The notes under the pieces are model-generated. The model saw nothing but the letters and a program-made list of their open reading frames with translations, was not told the DNA's origin and searched no databases. Source: Lama glama (lineage: Eukaryota). From it: 64,000 nt of DNA. The DNA lies in the NCBI GenBank assembly GCA_028534125.1, contig CM052817.1, positions 73,348,001-73,412,000 of the forward strand. Direction: 5' to 3'. Positions 27,744 to 39,734 of the stretch are shown here, piece by piece; position 1 is the stretch's first letter, and the number at the start of each line of letters is the position of its first letter. A program made the position numbers and the translations under genes.

Positions 27744-28394
27744 GAATGAACTATGACATCCCTAATTAAGTTTTGAAAATGCTCAATACTGCTTGATATA
27801 GTTAATTCTATGCATATTCAACATTTCATTAGGAGACAATTAAGCTTGCAACTAATGGGAAGAAAGTACTAATCTAGATTAGCATAAAGTAATACCTCCT
27901 AGAAACAGTGTTGGAACACTCGATGAATATTCAATTCATTTAAGGAAGAAAAAGAATCACTGGGCTACAGTTCTCAAAACGTATTGAGGTACACAGTTTG
28001 GAGCTGAATGCCGTGGAAATTTTATCTAGGAAGCTAAGTATATCAAATCAAGAGGATGTCAAGAACATACAAAGTGGAGTGATAATTTACATAGTTTCTT
28101 TCATCTATAGATTTTTGATAATTAGGGAATTTTGCCCCTGGGAGGTGGTAGTCTGCTGCATTCAAAAGATAACTAAGTGCAGTGGAATTTTCCCTGGTCC
28201 CAGAAATCAGATTATAGAGGCACAAAGTATGAGATAAATGGTTAGGTTTCTTTTGAAAGACTCAAGGCAGAATCATGCAGCTGAAAACTTTAATAAAAAT
28301 CTTGGTTCTAGTTTAAGATCAGCCTTTAACCAGCGGTCACCCGTGGGAGGGTGGTGCCTCAATATTTCAAATGCCCTTGTTTGCATCACCCCAA

Positions 28395-28580
28395 TGGGGT
28401 TAACAAGATCTGGAGTCTGGAGACTGAGTTTGGACACTTGCTTCAGTTCTGGCTGGTGCTGTTTATCCTTGTTGCGCTTTAGTCTTCTCATCTGTAAAGT
28501 GGAAATAGTAATAGTTTACTGTTTATTAGTTTGATTCTGTGTCTTAAATGAAATGTGTAGATAAAGCACTTGCTCAGATT
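28395..28580 (+). mobile_element. MIR SINE
   Basis: agtcttctcatctgtaaagtggaaatagtaatagt ... taaagcactt. Confidence 0.65.
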
Positions 28581-29961
28581 TTAAAACAACTTTAAAAATG
28601 AGGTTATTATCATTGCTAGAAATTGTTGCTATTGGTACTAGGCATAGTGTGAGGAGATAGAGAGAGATGGAAGACTATTCAGAAGGGATATTTCAACAAA
28701 GCTTCTGGTGCCTGCTGAGAAATTTTGAAAATTTTGCCACTCTCTCTGTTCAAAACTGTAATGCATAAGGTGGCTAGGCCAGAAAGGTAAGTAAAGGCAC
28801 GTAGAATTAGTCTCGCAAGGGAGAGGAACCAGAAGTTTGTCTCTGGATCTGTGAACAGTATTTGTTTTGCACCTTTCTCTTTTTTGCTAAGTTTAACTGT
28901 TAGGGCTTCATTTGGGTCTTTGTTGGGGGCTCTGGGGTGTTTCCGTTTACCTTTATGAATTGTCCTGGAAACTTTTCAAAACATATTTCATGTCAGTTAT
29001 CACTTTATTTAGGATACAGCCATTAAGATCTAGGCCCCATGAAGAACCTCTGCTTTTCCCTACTTGAGTCTGCCTGTGGATGTTAACACCATCAGACTCC
29101 AGGGAGGTTCTGGAATGGAGGGTTCACTATCCTGAGGGTTCATTTTGCACTTTGACTAGATCTACCATCTGGCAAACAGGAAGTTTTCCCTCAAAGAAAT
29201 CGTTCTGTTGGAATTCACAGACTTTTCTTCCACTGAGATATTCCTCTGTATCTTCTAACTGGTCTCCTGACTCCACTCTCACCCGTCTAACTCAGTACTT
29301 CATAGTCCCATTAAGGGAGAACCCATTACACCTGCCGAAGCTAACTCAGGAGTTCCGGGGGATCTTGACGAGCAAGTCAGAGGAACCTTGGCCATGTCCA
29401 CATTATTAAAATAACTTAAAACAATGACAGTCGCAAGCATTTCTGGGGCACAGCTTCTCAAAATAACTTGTCTTTTCTTTCTCCTTTGTTTTGCACTCCC
29501 TCTGCTCTCTAGTATTTCCCAGCCTCTCTTTGTACTAAGAATGCTGAGACTCTGCTCTAGCTTCCTACGTGGGCCTAGAGTTTTTATTTCAGTTCTAAAT
29601 GGAAACTAATCAAGAGGCAACAATACCCTCAGTGGCTACATCTCTTGAATTCTCACACAGACTTTGTTCTCCTAGGCACTCCATTGTCACTGATACGCAG
29701 CCTCCCTTTAGAGTCTACCAAACCATTTCCACCTAATCCTGATTTAGCTGCTTTTGTAGTGAGTGCGTTGGTTAGTCTAGCTCTTTCAATCAGCTGTTTC
29801 TGGGTTCCTTTCTTCTTAGACTACTTACCATTCATATATGAACAACGGACCTGCATGTGTACTCACACACCGTCTCGTTTGACCTTACACTATCATTATG
29901 GGATAGGTTACAGTGATCCCATTTTACAGATGAAGTTCAGAAACAGTTAATGATTTGCTAG

Positions 29962-30458
29962 TGTAGGGGAGCAGAAAATTATTTTTCCTACTGCCCTCCA
30001 GGTTCTCTGGCTGGGGTCCAATAAATTGGACTGACAAGAGGCAGATTAACAAGAGAAAAGCATACAAGTTTATTTCAGGTAAGTTTTATGTGACATAGCA
30101 GCCTTCCTAAGGAAATGAAGACGGGAAGAAATTGTTAATCCTGAGAGTTTATGAATTAGGTTTGATGAAGAGTGGACAGTCATGGAAAAATGTGGTGGGA
30201 CAAAAGGGTATAAGCTAAGGGTAATGAACGGGGGGAGACTTAGCAAGGCTTGTTCCTCTCTGTGTCCCTCTGTCTTTGGAGATAAGGATGCTCCTTTCCC
30301 CCAGGTGCAGGGAAGGCACCTCTCACATGAGGGTCTTAAGACATTTCAGGAGAGGCAGGGGAGGTCAGAGAGTCCTTCTCGCACCTGCCATTTCTCAAAT
30401 TCCTTCAGTTTAAAATATTCAGTATGCCAAGGCACCATGTTTTGGCATGCTTTGTTCC
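29962..30458 (-). mobile_element. ERV1 solo LTR (MER34-like), copy 3, inserted in a MIR
   Basis: Minus-strand aataaacttgtatgcttttctc poly(A) region; MIR sequence on both sides; possible ctag TSD. Confidence 0.8.
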
Positions 30459-30694
30459 CTAGATAATGGCAGAGAGGAGACAAGACTCCACATCTCCAAG
30501 ATCTTGGTGCAGTGTTCTCTCCACTGAATTCTGTTTCTCTTTTATCTTCTTGACCTCTTACCTCTTCTCTCTTTTTGAAATACCTATCTGCCTACTGAGA
30601 TTCTTCAAGGACAAATGTTGAGTGTTTACTACTTCAGTATTTTATATACAGTGTCTCATTTAATCCTCATGACCTTATGGTGAAGTTATTACTA

Positions 30695-30850
30695 TTTTTT
30701 TTTTAGTATTTTGAAAAATTGAAGTATAGTTGATGTACAATATTATGTAAGTTAGAGATGCACAATATAATGATTCACAAGTTTTAAAGATTGTACTCCA
30801 CTTGTAGTTATTTTAAATATTGGCCATATTCCCTGTGTTGTACAAAATAT
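30695..30850 (-). mobile_element. L1 3' terminus inserted in a MIR
   Basis: Poly(T), then attgaagtatagttgatgtacaatatt ... atattccctgtgttgtacaa. Confidence 0.75.
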
Positions 30851-30993
30851 GAACTTGATGTTACAAATGAGGAACTGGATGAAACATGGAAAAATGAAGT
30901 AAGAAGGATGCATTCCAAAGTCATATGTGTAGTATCCAGCAATATGAACATGTGAACCCAAGAAGTGTAATTTCAGAGTTCTTGCTAGGCAGG

Positions 30994-31087
30994 CTTTTTT
31001 TTTTTTTTGGCTTTCTTTTCTTTCTTTCTTTTCCTGTCTTTCTTTCTTTCCTTCTTTCTTTCTTACTTTCTTTCTTTCTTTTTCCCT
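30994..31087. repeat. Polypyrimidine / (TTTC)n low-complexity tract
   Basis: Directly visible T run followed by imperfect TTTC repeats. Confidence 0.9.
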
Positions 31088-32300
31088 TAAAATCCTTCCC
31101 TAATCTTGTCAATGTGTTCTTTTCCTTTCATCACTAAAATTACATCCATTATCTCTATTCCCTTATCAACTGCTTACTCTTCCATTCCCTGCATGCTGAC
31201 TTTCTATCAAAACTTTTTTTTTCCAGATCAGCAGTTACCAGTTGTCTAACATATTTTCTTTCTTCTTTCCTTTATTTTTTTCTTTCTTTTAACCTTCACT
31301 TACTCTTGGCATTATTCTCTCTTGAAGTTTTTCATTTTCTGTGATGCATTAATCTGACTGGTCCTTTTCCAAATCATGTATTCAGTCATTCATTCATTTA
31401 GTGTGTGTGTGTGAATGTAAGAGAGAAGGTGAGAGACACTGTACTAGTTATTGAGATTGGAAAATGGGTTCTGTGGTGTTTTATGCTTTATTTCTTATCC
31501 TGATTACTTATTATTTGGATATGTTTGTGCAAATTTGTCAATCATACACCTTTGTGAGTGAAATATAATATTTACAACTAAAAAAAAAAATGCTTTATTT
31601 TCTCTTCCCTCTGCGTTCTACAGAGAACCAGTGAATCTAATTCAGTTTTTCCCAAAGGATGAGTATCACCTAGAGTGACTGTGGACCAGAGATTATATTT
31701 TACTAGGTTTTTGATAGGGCTCAGGAATTTGTAGTTTAAGACTGTCTAATCTAATTCTTTCTATATTCACTTGCTAAAGTTGTATTCGTTAAGCACAGAT
31801 CAGGGCTAACTTGTGGTTTCAGTTTTCTCAAGTGCAGTGAACATGGAGTGAGAGGCATGTGATTAAGATTTGTCTACATTGTTTATTAGCTCTGTGAACT
31901 TGAACAAATCCTTAATATCTTTGAACCATGTCTGTAAAAGGGGATGATAATAAGTCATATTAATAATCATAATATTGATTTCTTATCTGGATCAGAAACT
32001 TCTTCCGTTATGAAGATCTTTTATATATTTACATTCCACTTTCTTCTTATAATAATGTGGCTATTGATAACCACTCAGTTTCTCTCAGACTTCAGAACTG
32101 GGTCATAAAGTGAGAATGGCCCTAGAAGACAGGGTAGCCAAATGCTGAGACGTAGGGTCAGAGCTATTAAAAAATCCCCTCTTCACTCAAGCCAGTGTTA
32201 GTTCTGAACTGCAGGATGGTATCAGGAATTTGATAGGGCATTGCCCAGACAGGGATGGGGAACCCCACATCCACACATGAATGCAAAGTAAAATTTGGGT

Positions 32301-32482
32301 CAGTGGTTCTCAACTTGGCTGCTCACAGGATGCACACAAGGAGCTTTACAAACTGCCGATGCCCAGTTTCTGCTCCCAGAGTTTCTGATTTAATTTCCCT
32401 TGGCTGAGGCCTACAAAGAAGTTTAAAATACTCCCCAGAACCCAGATTATTTTAATGTGCAATTATGCTTTAGAACCATTAC
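32301..32482. mobile_element. MER5-family hAT-Charlie element
   Basis: cagtggttctcaacttggctgc ... ttagaaccatt terminal inverted repeats. Confidence 0.75.
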
Positions 32483-32779
32483 TTTAGGATGTCTCATGAG
32501 GAATTTGCTTTTTCCTTCCAAATTGTCAGTTACTAAACTGAAATGATCTTTTAAAAAAGAATTTACATACAGTTTTGTATGTACCAGGTATCGTTTTAAG
32601 CATTTTACAAATATTAATTCTTTTGATCTTCTCAACAATGTATGAAATAATTATTATTTCTATTTTACTAATGAAGAAGTTGAGGTATTGAGATATTGAG
32701 CAACTTGCCCACGTTTTGGATTCAGGTAGTTTGGAAATGATGTTCTGAAAGTGTAGGCCAAGCTGTTTTTGTAGATTTT

Positions 32780-32920
32780 TTTGCGGGGGGGGGGAGGTGA
32801 TTAGGTTTATTTATTTATTGTTTTTTTTGTTGTTTGTTTGTTTTTAACAGAGGTACTGAGAATTGAACCTAGGCCCTCCTGCATGCTATGTGCTCTACCA
32901 CTGAGCTCTACCATCCCCCC
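32780..32920 (-). mobile_element. Camelid tRNA-derived SINE (vic-1 type)
   Basis: Antisense A/B boxes; TSD tgttt(t/c)tgtagatttt at 32764-32779 and 32921-32936. Confidence 0.9.
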
Positions 32921-33289
32921 TGTTTCTGTAGATTTTCTTCAGCCTTAAAAGGAGGGGGGAGATCAAAATATTATAGCACAGTTTATGTCCTTCAGTGTTT
33001 TTTGAAATAAACATTTATTTTAAAAAATAGAAATTGGTTAAACTAATTTTAATATGTTACCATTACATAGAAGCTATGTAGGGCAAGAAATAAAAGGAAA
33101 TCGTAGAATGGATGCATATGTATTATGTCTTCAATTAACTCTGATAAAGTTCTAATTTTTTAAAGTGACGTTTTATTGTGAAAAAATTTCTAGTATAAAG
33201 AAAAGTAGAATAGGCTAGTAAAAATGATATATCCGGCAGTATTTAAACAAAATAATTTAAAAGGCTGTTAAAGAGAGAATTAAAATGCT

Positions 33290-33910
33290 AAATTGAATCT
33301 CTAACACAATATCCTAGCTTTAGCAGTTATGAGGATTCTGCCATGTTTGTTTCATCTGAAATATTTTAGAGTGCTTACAAACATGATTGTCTATCCCTAA
33401 ATATTTAACTATATATCTCTAAAAACATGAAGTTTTTCTATATAACTACATCAAACAAAATTGACAACTTTTTTTGTATTTATTATATATTTTTATTGAA
33501 GTATAATTAGTTTACAATGTTGTGAAAGTGTTATACTTTTATTTTGTTTTGTTTTTTCTTTTTCAAATGGAGGTACTGGGAATCGAACTAAGTACCTTGT
33601 GCATGCTCAGCATGAGCTGTACCAACTGAGCCATATCCCAGCCCAACAACTTCTTAATATTATCTAAGATCCAGTCTATGTTTAAATTTTCCCGATTGTC
33701 CCCAAAATGTCTTTTACAGCTAATTTGTTAAAATCAGGATCCAAGCAAGGTCCACATATTTATTGCATTTGGTTGTTTTGCTTCTGAGGTCTGTTTTAAT
33801 CTAGAACAGTTCTCACTGCCCTCCATCCCTAACCTTTTTATGACCTTGCCTTCCTGAGAAGGAGGACCAATTGTCTACTGAACATCTCCTTTTTGAATTT
33901 GTTAGATTGA
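33290..33910 (-). mobile_element. L1MC-like 3'UTR fragment hosting a SINE/L1-tail insert
   Basis: atattatctaagatccagtc ... attgtccccaaaatgtc ... caggatccaagcaaggtccaca; similar sequence at 63700-64000. Confidence 0.65.
33474..33644 (-). mobile_element. vic-1-type SINE head joined to an L1 3' terminus
   Basis: Minus strand reads SINE head, A-rich linker, cacaacattgtaaactaattatacttcaataaaaa, then A tail; flanked by acaactt(t/c)tt at 33464-33473 and 33646-33655. Confidence 0.75.
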
Positions 33911-34201
33911 AGCTCTATTTTATTATTAATTTGTTTAATCTTTCTCCTGGCTACTTGTGACTGCAAGCATTTTTTCTCTTTTCGTCTTTAATCATTTGCT
34001 ATTTTGTAACATATCTGTTAATTGAAACCCTTATCTACCTTTTACCTTCTAATAGTAGATATAACCCTGTTCTGCCTTCTGGAACAACTTTTCCTACTCA
34101 CTGTTTTCCCCTGATGGGTCCTTCTGACATGTTTTTTATATTGGATATGCCTCACAGCTTTAAAATCCTTCGTTCATGATCAGGAACTTTCTGCTTCAGT
34201 T

Positions 34202-34413
34202 CAGTAATTCTCAGTTGGAGTAGTACTGCCCCCTAGAGGAACTTCTGGAAATATGTGACAATTTCAATTGTCACAGTGACTGGGGGTTTATTGGCATATA
34301 TATGTTGGCCAGAGGCCAAAGATGCTAAATGTCCTTCTCTACTTGGAATAATCCTAAGCAATTAAGAATTATTTTGCCTACAACTATAATAGTGCTTATG
34401 TTGAAAAACACTG
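34202..34413 (+). mobile_element. MER20-like hAT-Charlie element
   Basis: cagtaattctca ... ttgtcacagtgactggggg ... agaggccaaagatgctaaa ... gttgaaaaacactg. Confidence 0.75.
34224..34242 (-). promoter_or_regulatory. Candidate CTCF site within MER20
   Basis: Minus strand GTTCCTCTAGGGGGCAGTA. Confidence 0.5.
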
Positions 34414-34574
34414 CAAATAAAATGGTCCTAGTTAATTTACTCTTGGTTGACTGATAGATCGACACATAGCAGGTGTTCAATTTACTGAAGTAATGAATTT
34501 TGAAATATGACCTTTTAAAGCAGACGATTTTGCCACATACACACATTATACACACACATTACACAAAACTATTT

Positions 34575-35090
34575 TGTTAGAACTCCTTTAATTACAAGTG
34601 AGAAAAACTAAGTTCACAGTGGCTTATGTAACTGAAAAGTTCAGGGGTATCTGCCTTCAGAAACTGCCAGATCCATGGGCTTCAAAGGTATTATTGGTAC
34701 TTGATCTCCTTTCAGCTTTTGGCTGCTTTCTACTCTGAGTATTGACTTCACTTTCTGATGGTCTCTTTCCTCAACAGGGTGTCCAGCAGCTCAAGGGTTA
34801 CGTCCCTTACCCTGAAGTCCAGCAGAAAGGAGAATTTCCTCCTCCTAATAGTTCCAACCCACGCTTCAGTCTTGCTAGAGTCATTTGCATCATCTGCTTG
34901 TGTGTAAACCAATCACCGTGGCCAGAGGAGGTGGGGAGCATTGATAGGTCAGGCAAGATTGTGTTTTTTTCTCTCACTCAAGGCAGGCGTTGAATGTAGC
35001 TCACCTGCACCAGTGCTTTTATCAAAAGAAAAGGGGAAGGATGCTGAGCAGGAAGCAAACAAACAACAAAAATGATACACATTTCCAGTG
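34575..35090. mobile_element. Old MaLR LTR (MLT1J/K-like)
   Basis: gttagaactcctttaattacaagtgagaaaaac ... aaccaatcaccgtggccagagg. Confidence 0.6.
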
Positions 35091-35322
35091 CTGAAACCCA
35101 TCACTCAGTACAGAGCACCAATCAAATGTTCATTCAGTCATCATCATCTGTGCCAGGCACAGATTTTTAAAATGTAATTTTACAGTGTAATTTTAATGTG
35201 ATTATACAATACCAAACATAATTTGTGTATTTTGAATATCTTATGATATAAAGCATCATTTCTCTCTTACTACAAAACTATAAACTAAAAGAATAGTCCA
35301 AATAGAACTGAAGTCTTTAATT

Positions 35323-35449
35323 TTTTTTCTTTTTTTTTGTGGAGGGGTAGGTAACTAGGTTTATTTATGTTTAGGGGAGGCACTGGGGATTGAACCCAGG
35401 ACCTCATGCATGCTCGTGCGCTCTATCACTTGAGCTATACCCTTCTCCC
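35323..35449 (-). mobile_element. Camelid tRNA-derived SINE (vic-1 type)
   Basis: TSD actgaagt(c/a)tttaatt at 35307-35322 and 35450-35465. Confidence 0.9.
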
Positions 35450-36567
35450 ACTGAAGTATTTAATTCAGTTCTACAGGTGTTTCTTGAGGCCTCCTTGTGG
35501 TGTCAAATATCTAATAAAATGGTTGAGGAACAATTCAAAGTAGTATGAACTTAAGAGGCTAAATTTAATCTAACTACTAAAATATTCAGTTTAGTCCATA
35601 TATTCCTAGCTTTCACCTCTGGGGCAAAGGGAGTGGGCAGCAGGCAAATATTTATAGACTAAATTTTCTTTTTGGATATGCCTTGAATATGTAGATGCCA
35701 TTGTTAAATATTATATGTCTCCTCACTGATAGCATTTTGGGCCATTGTTGTTCCCTTAGAAGACACTAAGAGTAACATTGTTTTTTAACTTTAAAAGGAC
35801 TTAATAGCTCAAATAGGCTGTGATTCCCAACCCAGGCAAATACTCCTTTTACAGGAATATCTTTTCCCATCTCCTCAATCCTCTACCAAGGTCTGAAATA
35901 CTTCCCTTTTGCCTTTTAGCTGAAAACAATCAGAGGAAGAAAGGAATAGGGTCAGAAAGGCTCAAAAAGGGAAGGAGACAGGGAGACAGCAAGGAAGAAG
36001 AAACCCGGGAAGACAGCATTGATATGCAAGATTTGTTGAATGGCTGCTGTCAAAGGGGAGTTAGGCATATGGATGTAAGGGATATTTGAGTTTATATGTT
36101 GTCCTTTCTATCTGCATTGACATTACTCCATAATCAATAGGCTTATAATCTTTCAGTCCTCATCGTAACTGAAATGAGAAGCATTTGGTATTATTGTTCA
36201 TGCTTACCTTCTTGAAATTCTCTTTTTCTTTATATTCTGCAGTAGTATTTCTTCTGAGGCAGGAGAGAATTTCTGTTTTTCTGACTACCTTTTAAATAGT
36301 GTTCCCCAAATTTCTTATTTTGCTGTTAATAATAATCTTACTCTTTGTACTCTCTGAGATCGATTTATGCTGATGTTGCAAATGTATGTCACCAGCTCAA
36401 AATGTTTTTTGGTTCTAGACTAATGTTTCCGCCTGACTTTTGGATGTTTTTACCCAGATGTCCTATAATGATCTCAAACTCAAGATGTCTAGACCTGAAC
36501 TTGTGTTTCTCTACTCACATGCTCTGCCTGTTTCAAAGTCTGTAAAAAGAACTATAGGGTTTCTTAC

Positions 36568-37190
36568 TGTTTTCTGTTGCTACAAAAAAAAACTGCATAG
36601 CAGTTCTCTCTGAAAGTTCAGTGGCTTAAAATACAGTCATTATTATGGCTCACAGGTGTCAGCCAGTTTCATGCATTGAGTGTGAGGTCAGCTGCCCTTT
36701 GGTTGCATGGCTCTGCTGATCTAGGGTGCAGGGTGAGGGCTGGGGGAGCCTATCAGTGCAAAGACTCTGATAGTAATCCAGGAGAGTGATGGTCAGGTCT
36801 TAAATCAATCAGCATTAGTGTTTTACATTTTGACGGCCAGCTGGTTATGGCTGGTCTAAGATGACCTTCATTGGATAACTGGGCTCTTCAGGTGTCTCTC
36901 TTATGCACGTGTTTCTCATGTCCCTCTAGCAGACTAGCCTAAGCATGTTTTTAAGCAAGCTTAGAGAATACACTCATAGTGATCAGAGAGAAGCAGAAGA
37001 AGGTGGAAATCCTTAAAAGTTTTTTCAAGTCACTGCTCGCTTTAAGCTAGCTAGTGTCCCATTGATGAAAGCATGTCACATAGCCCAGCCCAAAATCAGA
37101 GGAGGAGAGAACTAAACACAAGTATAGGGTAAAAGGTGTAGATATGAAAGGCCATTTAATTGGGGCCATTAATGGAATCAATCTATTGCA
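36568..37190 (-). mobile_element. MaLR solo LTR (MLT1G-like) inserted in an L2
   Basis: cagtggcttaaaatacagtcattattatggctcaca ... ggggccattaatggaatcaatctattgca; L2-like sequence on both sides. Confidence 0.65.
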
Positions 37191-37439
37191 CTTGTCTAAG
37201 TTCAACTCAGAATTATCCTTGGTTTCTCTGTTCCCTTTACTTTTCATGCAGTTATTTGATCATGTCTTCTTCCTTCCTTTGAAATAGAATCAACCCTTTC
37301 TCTTCACCAGTGCCCGTGAATGGTGATTGATTTAAGACCTGACCATCGCTCTCCTCCATTACTATAATTGTCTTTGCACTGGTAGGCTCTCCCAACCCCC
37401 ACCCTGCAGCTTCCTATCAATTTGGTTTCCCTTTTCTGG

Positions 37440-38218
37440 AAATTCCAACCCACAGCCCCAGAGAAATTTTAGCTCTCTTGGTCCTGTGCCCCATCTGGGG
37501 CTCTGGGGAGTGTGGACATACAGTTTGGGTGAGCCTGTTACAGATTCTGTGCTGTATGTTCATCCAGCATTGGATATGGTATCAGAAAACATCCCAAGGA
37601 CTCATATTCCATTCATCAGTAATATCCCTGGTTAAATGGAAGGGGAGCAGTTTTTACTGTAGTCAGTGCTGATGAAGATTCCAGTTCCCCGCAGAACACT
37701 CATCAGCAGAGCATCAGCTCTGGATGCATCAGATGCATCCAGCTGCATCAGCATTGGAAACAGATTCTGGAGGCCTCTAATGCTGGGGTCACAAAAGTTC
37801 ACTAAAGCAGATCTTGATTGCGAATGCAGTGTCTCTCTGTGGTATCTCCCTTTGAGCATGCCTCTGCTGATGCCTTGTAGAACCTTAAATCTTCATTCTT
37901 TCTACGAGAACAGCAGTTGGTGCCACAAACAGCAGTTAGTGCCTCTGGCTCAATATTTCTAAAAGAAAATCTCTTATGGCCAAAAATCTGGGTTGGATAC
38001 TGGAATATTTCCACCATGAGGATGAAGTGAGGAAGTGTTTGAGGAGGACTATGACCTCAGGACCATCATGGTGGAAATTAGCAAGTGTCTCATCCAGATC
38101 CAGCCCAGTGTCTTCTTTTTGTTTACGGCCCTAGGACACAGGGGATGGAGGAAGGAACTGAAAGTTTGATGCCAATTTACCATGCTGATCTGAGGAGCTC
38201 TAGAGCTTTGTGGCAAAG
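37440..38218 (-). pseudogene. CTDNEP1: Processed pseudogene of CTD nuclear envelope phosphatase 1 (Dullard), 5'-truncated and decayed
   Basis: Colinear, intronless minus-strand peptides match recalled CTDNEP1: FATKL*S (FAAKLWS), LDLDETLANFHHDG (LDLDETLIHSHHDG; DLDET at 38086-38100), QIFGHKR (RFFVHKR), LKGRYHR (LKRRYYR), FCDPS..LQNLFPML (FSDPS..LLNLLPML), NLHQH*LQ* (NLHQHRLW*, stop at 37654-37656). Followed by 3'UTR-like sequence; many frameshifts and deletions. Confidence 0.88.
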
Positions 38219-38802
38219 AATGAAACCCTAACTCCTCAGCATGGTTAATAAGGACTTCCATAACTTGACCTCAGGTGTGAAGACAGGCGATTTTTGCCAC
38301 AGAGAAATGACAATGCAGAGAGCATGAATTAGGCCATCCCTCCTCTGGTGCCTCACACATGGATTACCCTCCCCTTTTGGCCAATATTTAATCTCCTAAA
38401 ATCTGGCTTAAAAGATTATGAAGAATTGTTTTGAGGGGACAAGAAGGCAGTAAAGGGAACTGTAGCCTCACTATGCTATGTAATACAGCGTAACCCAGGG
38501 GAAGAAGTGTATGTTCAGGAGGAGAGGCCCAAGACCCTTGCTGTCTGGTCGCTTTTATAACCAGGTTACACCATCAAGTCCATCTTATTATCTGCTGGTG
38601 AAGTTGCTTTCTTCTTCTGTTACACTTTCAACAGAAGTTACCTTGCCCATATCCCACCAGAGGGAGGAGGTTATTGTACTGGGGAGCACCTGTCCTGGGG
38701 CTGTACAAGAATCATGAAGGGAGGTTGGAAAAAAATGCAGATTCCCACTGCAGATTTACCAACTGAGAACCTCCAGAATGAGGCCTAAGAATCTGTACTT
38801 TT

Positions 38803-39359
38803 CTCTATATTCTATTTTACTTATTTTTAATTTATATATATATTTGTAATTGAAGTATAGTCAGTTTCAATGTGAAGTATAGTCAGTTTCTGCACAGGAC
38901 AATGTCCCAGCCATGCATATACATACATATATTCATTTTCATTAAAGGTTATTACAAGATATTGAACATAGTTCCCTGTGTTATACAGCAGAAACTTTTT
39001 TAAAATTATTTTTTATATAGTGGCTAGCATTTGCAAATATCAAACTCCCAAATTTATCCCTTCCCATTCCCCTTTCCCCTGGTAACCATAAGATTGTTTA
39101 CTATGTCTGCGAGTCTGCTTCTGTTTTGTAGGTGAGTTCATTAGTGTCCTCTTTTTTCTTTTTTTCTTTTCTTTTTTTTTTTTAGATTCCATATTTGAGT
39201 GATATCATATGGTATTTTTTTGTTTTTCTGGCTTACTTCACTTAGAATGATGATCTCCAGGTTCATCCACGTTGCTGCAAATGGTATTATTTTACTTTTT
39301 TTTATCACTGAGTAGTATTCCACTGTATGAATATATACCACAACTTCTTTATCCAGAAA
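38803..39359 (-). mobile_element. 5'-truncated lineage-specific L1 3' end
   Basis: Antisense ORF2 C-terminus (PFAATWMNLEIIILSEVSQ) and 3'UTR; TSD aatctgta(c/t)tttt at 38790-38802 and 39360-39372. Confidence 0.9.
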
Positions 39360-39734
39360 AATCTGTATTTTTATTTAACTTTTAAACAATGTATTAGGTT
39401 TTTAAAAATACAGAAAAATAATAAAAAAAACATAAAATGACCCACATTCCTCTATTCAGATAAACCATATCTGGCAGTAAGAAAAGAATAGAAATATGAA
39501 CAGAATTTGGAACATTAATATAGTAAAGCTTCCCTCCACCCTCCTCCCTTTAGTCCACTGACTAAAAAGTAATACCTCATTGCTTTCCTGTGTTTCTATC
39601 TAGATAATATTTTGGGAATCTACTTTTTGGGGAAGAAATATACATACATAACGTACAACTATTTTTATTACAACATGAGAACTCTAAAACATATCTGTGT
39701 CCCTCGCTAGTTCCTCTTCCCTCATTTCTTTCTT

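Noticed and set aside
24417..30458. LTR pairs as ends of one provirus
   Set aside because: Intervening DNA contains MIR and unique sequence, no gag/pol is visible, and the LTRs differ by large indels
37478..38200. Plus-strand PNMA/Gypsy gag-like reading
   Set aside because: Only vague resemblance; the minus strand gives a much better colinear match to CTDNEP1
38851..38890. 18-bp direct repeat tgaagtatagtcagtttc
   Set aside because: Simple local duplication within an L1 tail; two units only, not an array
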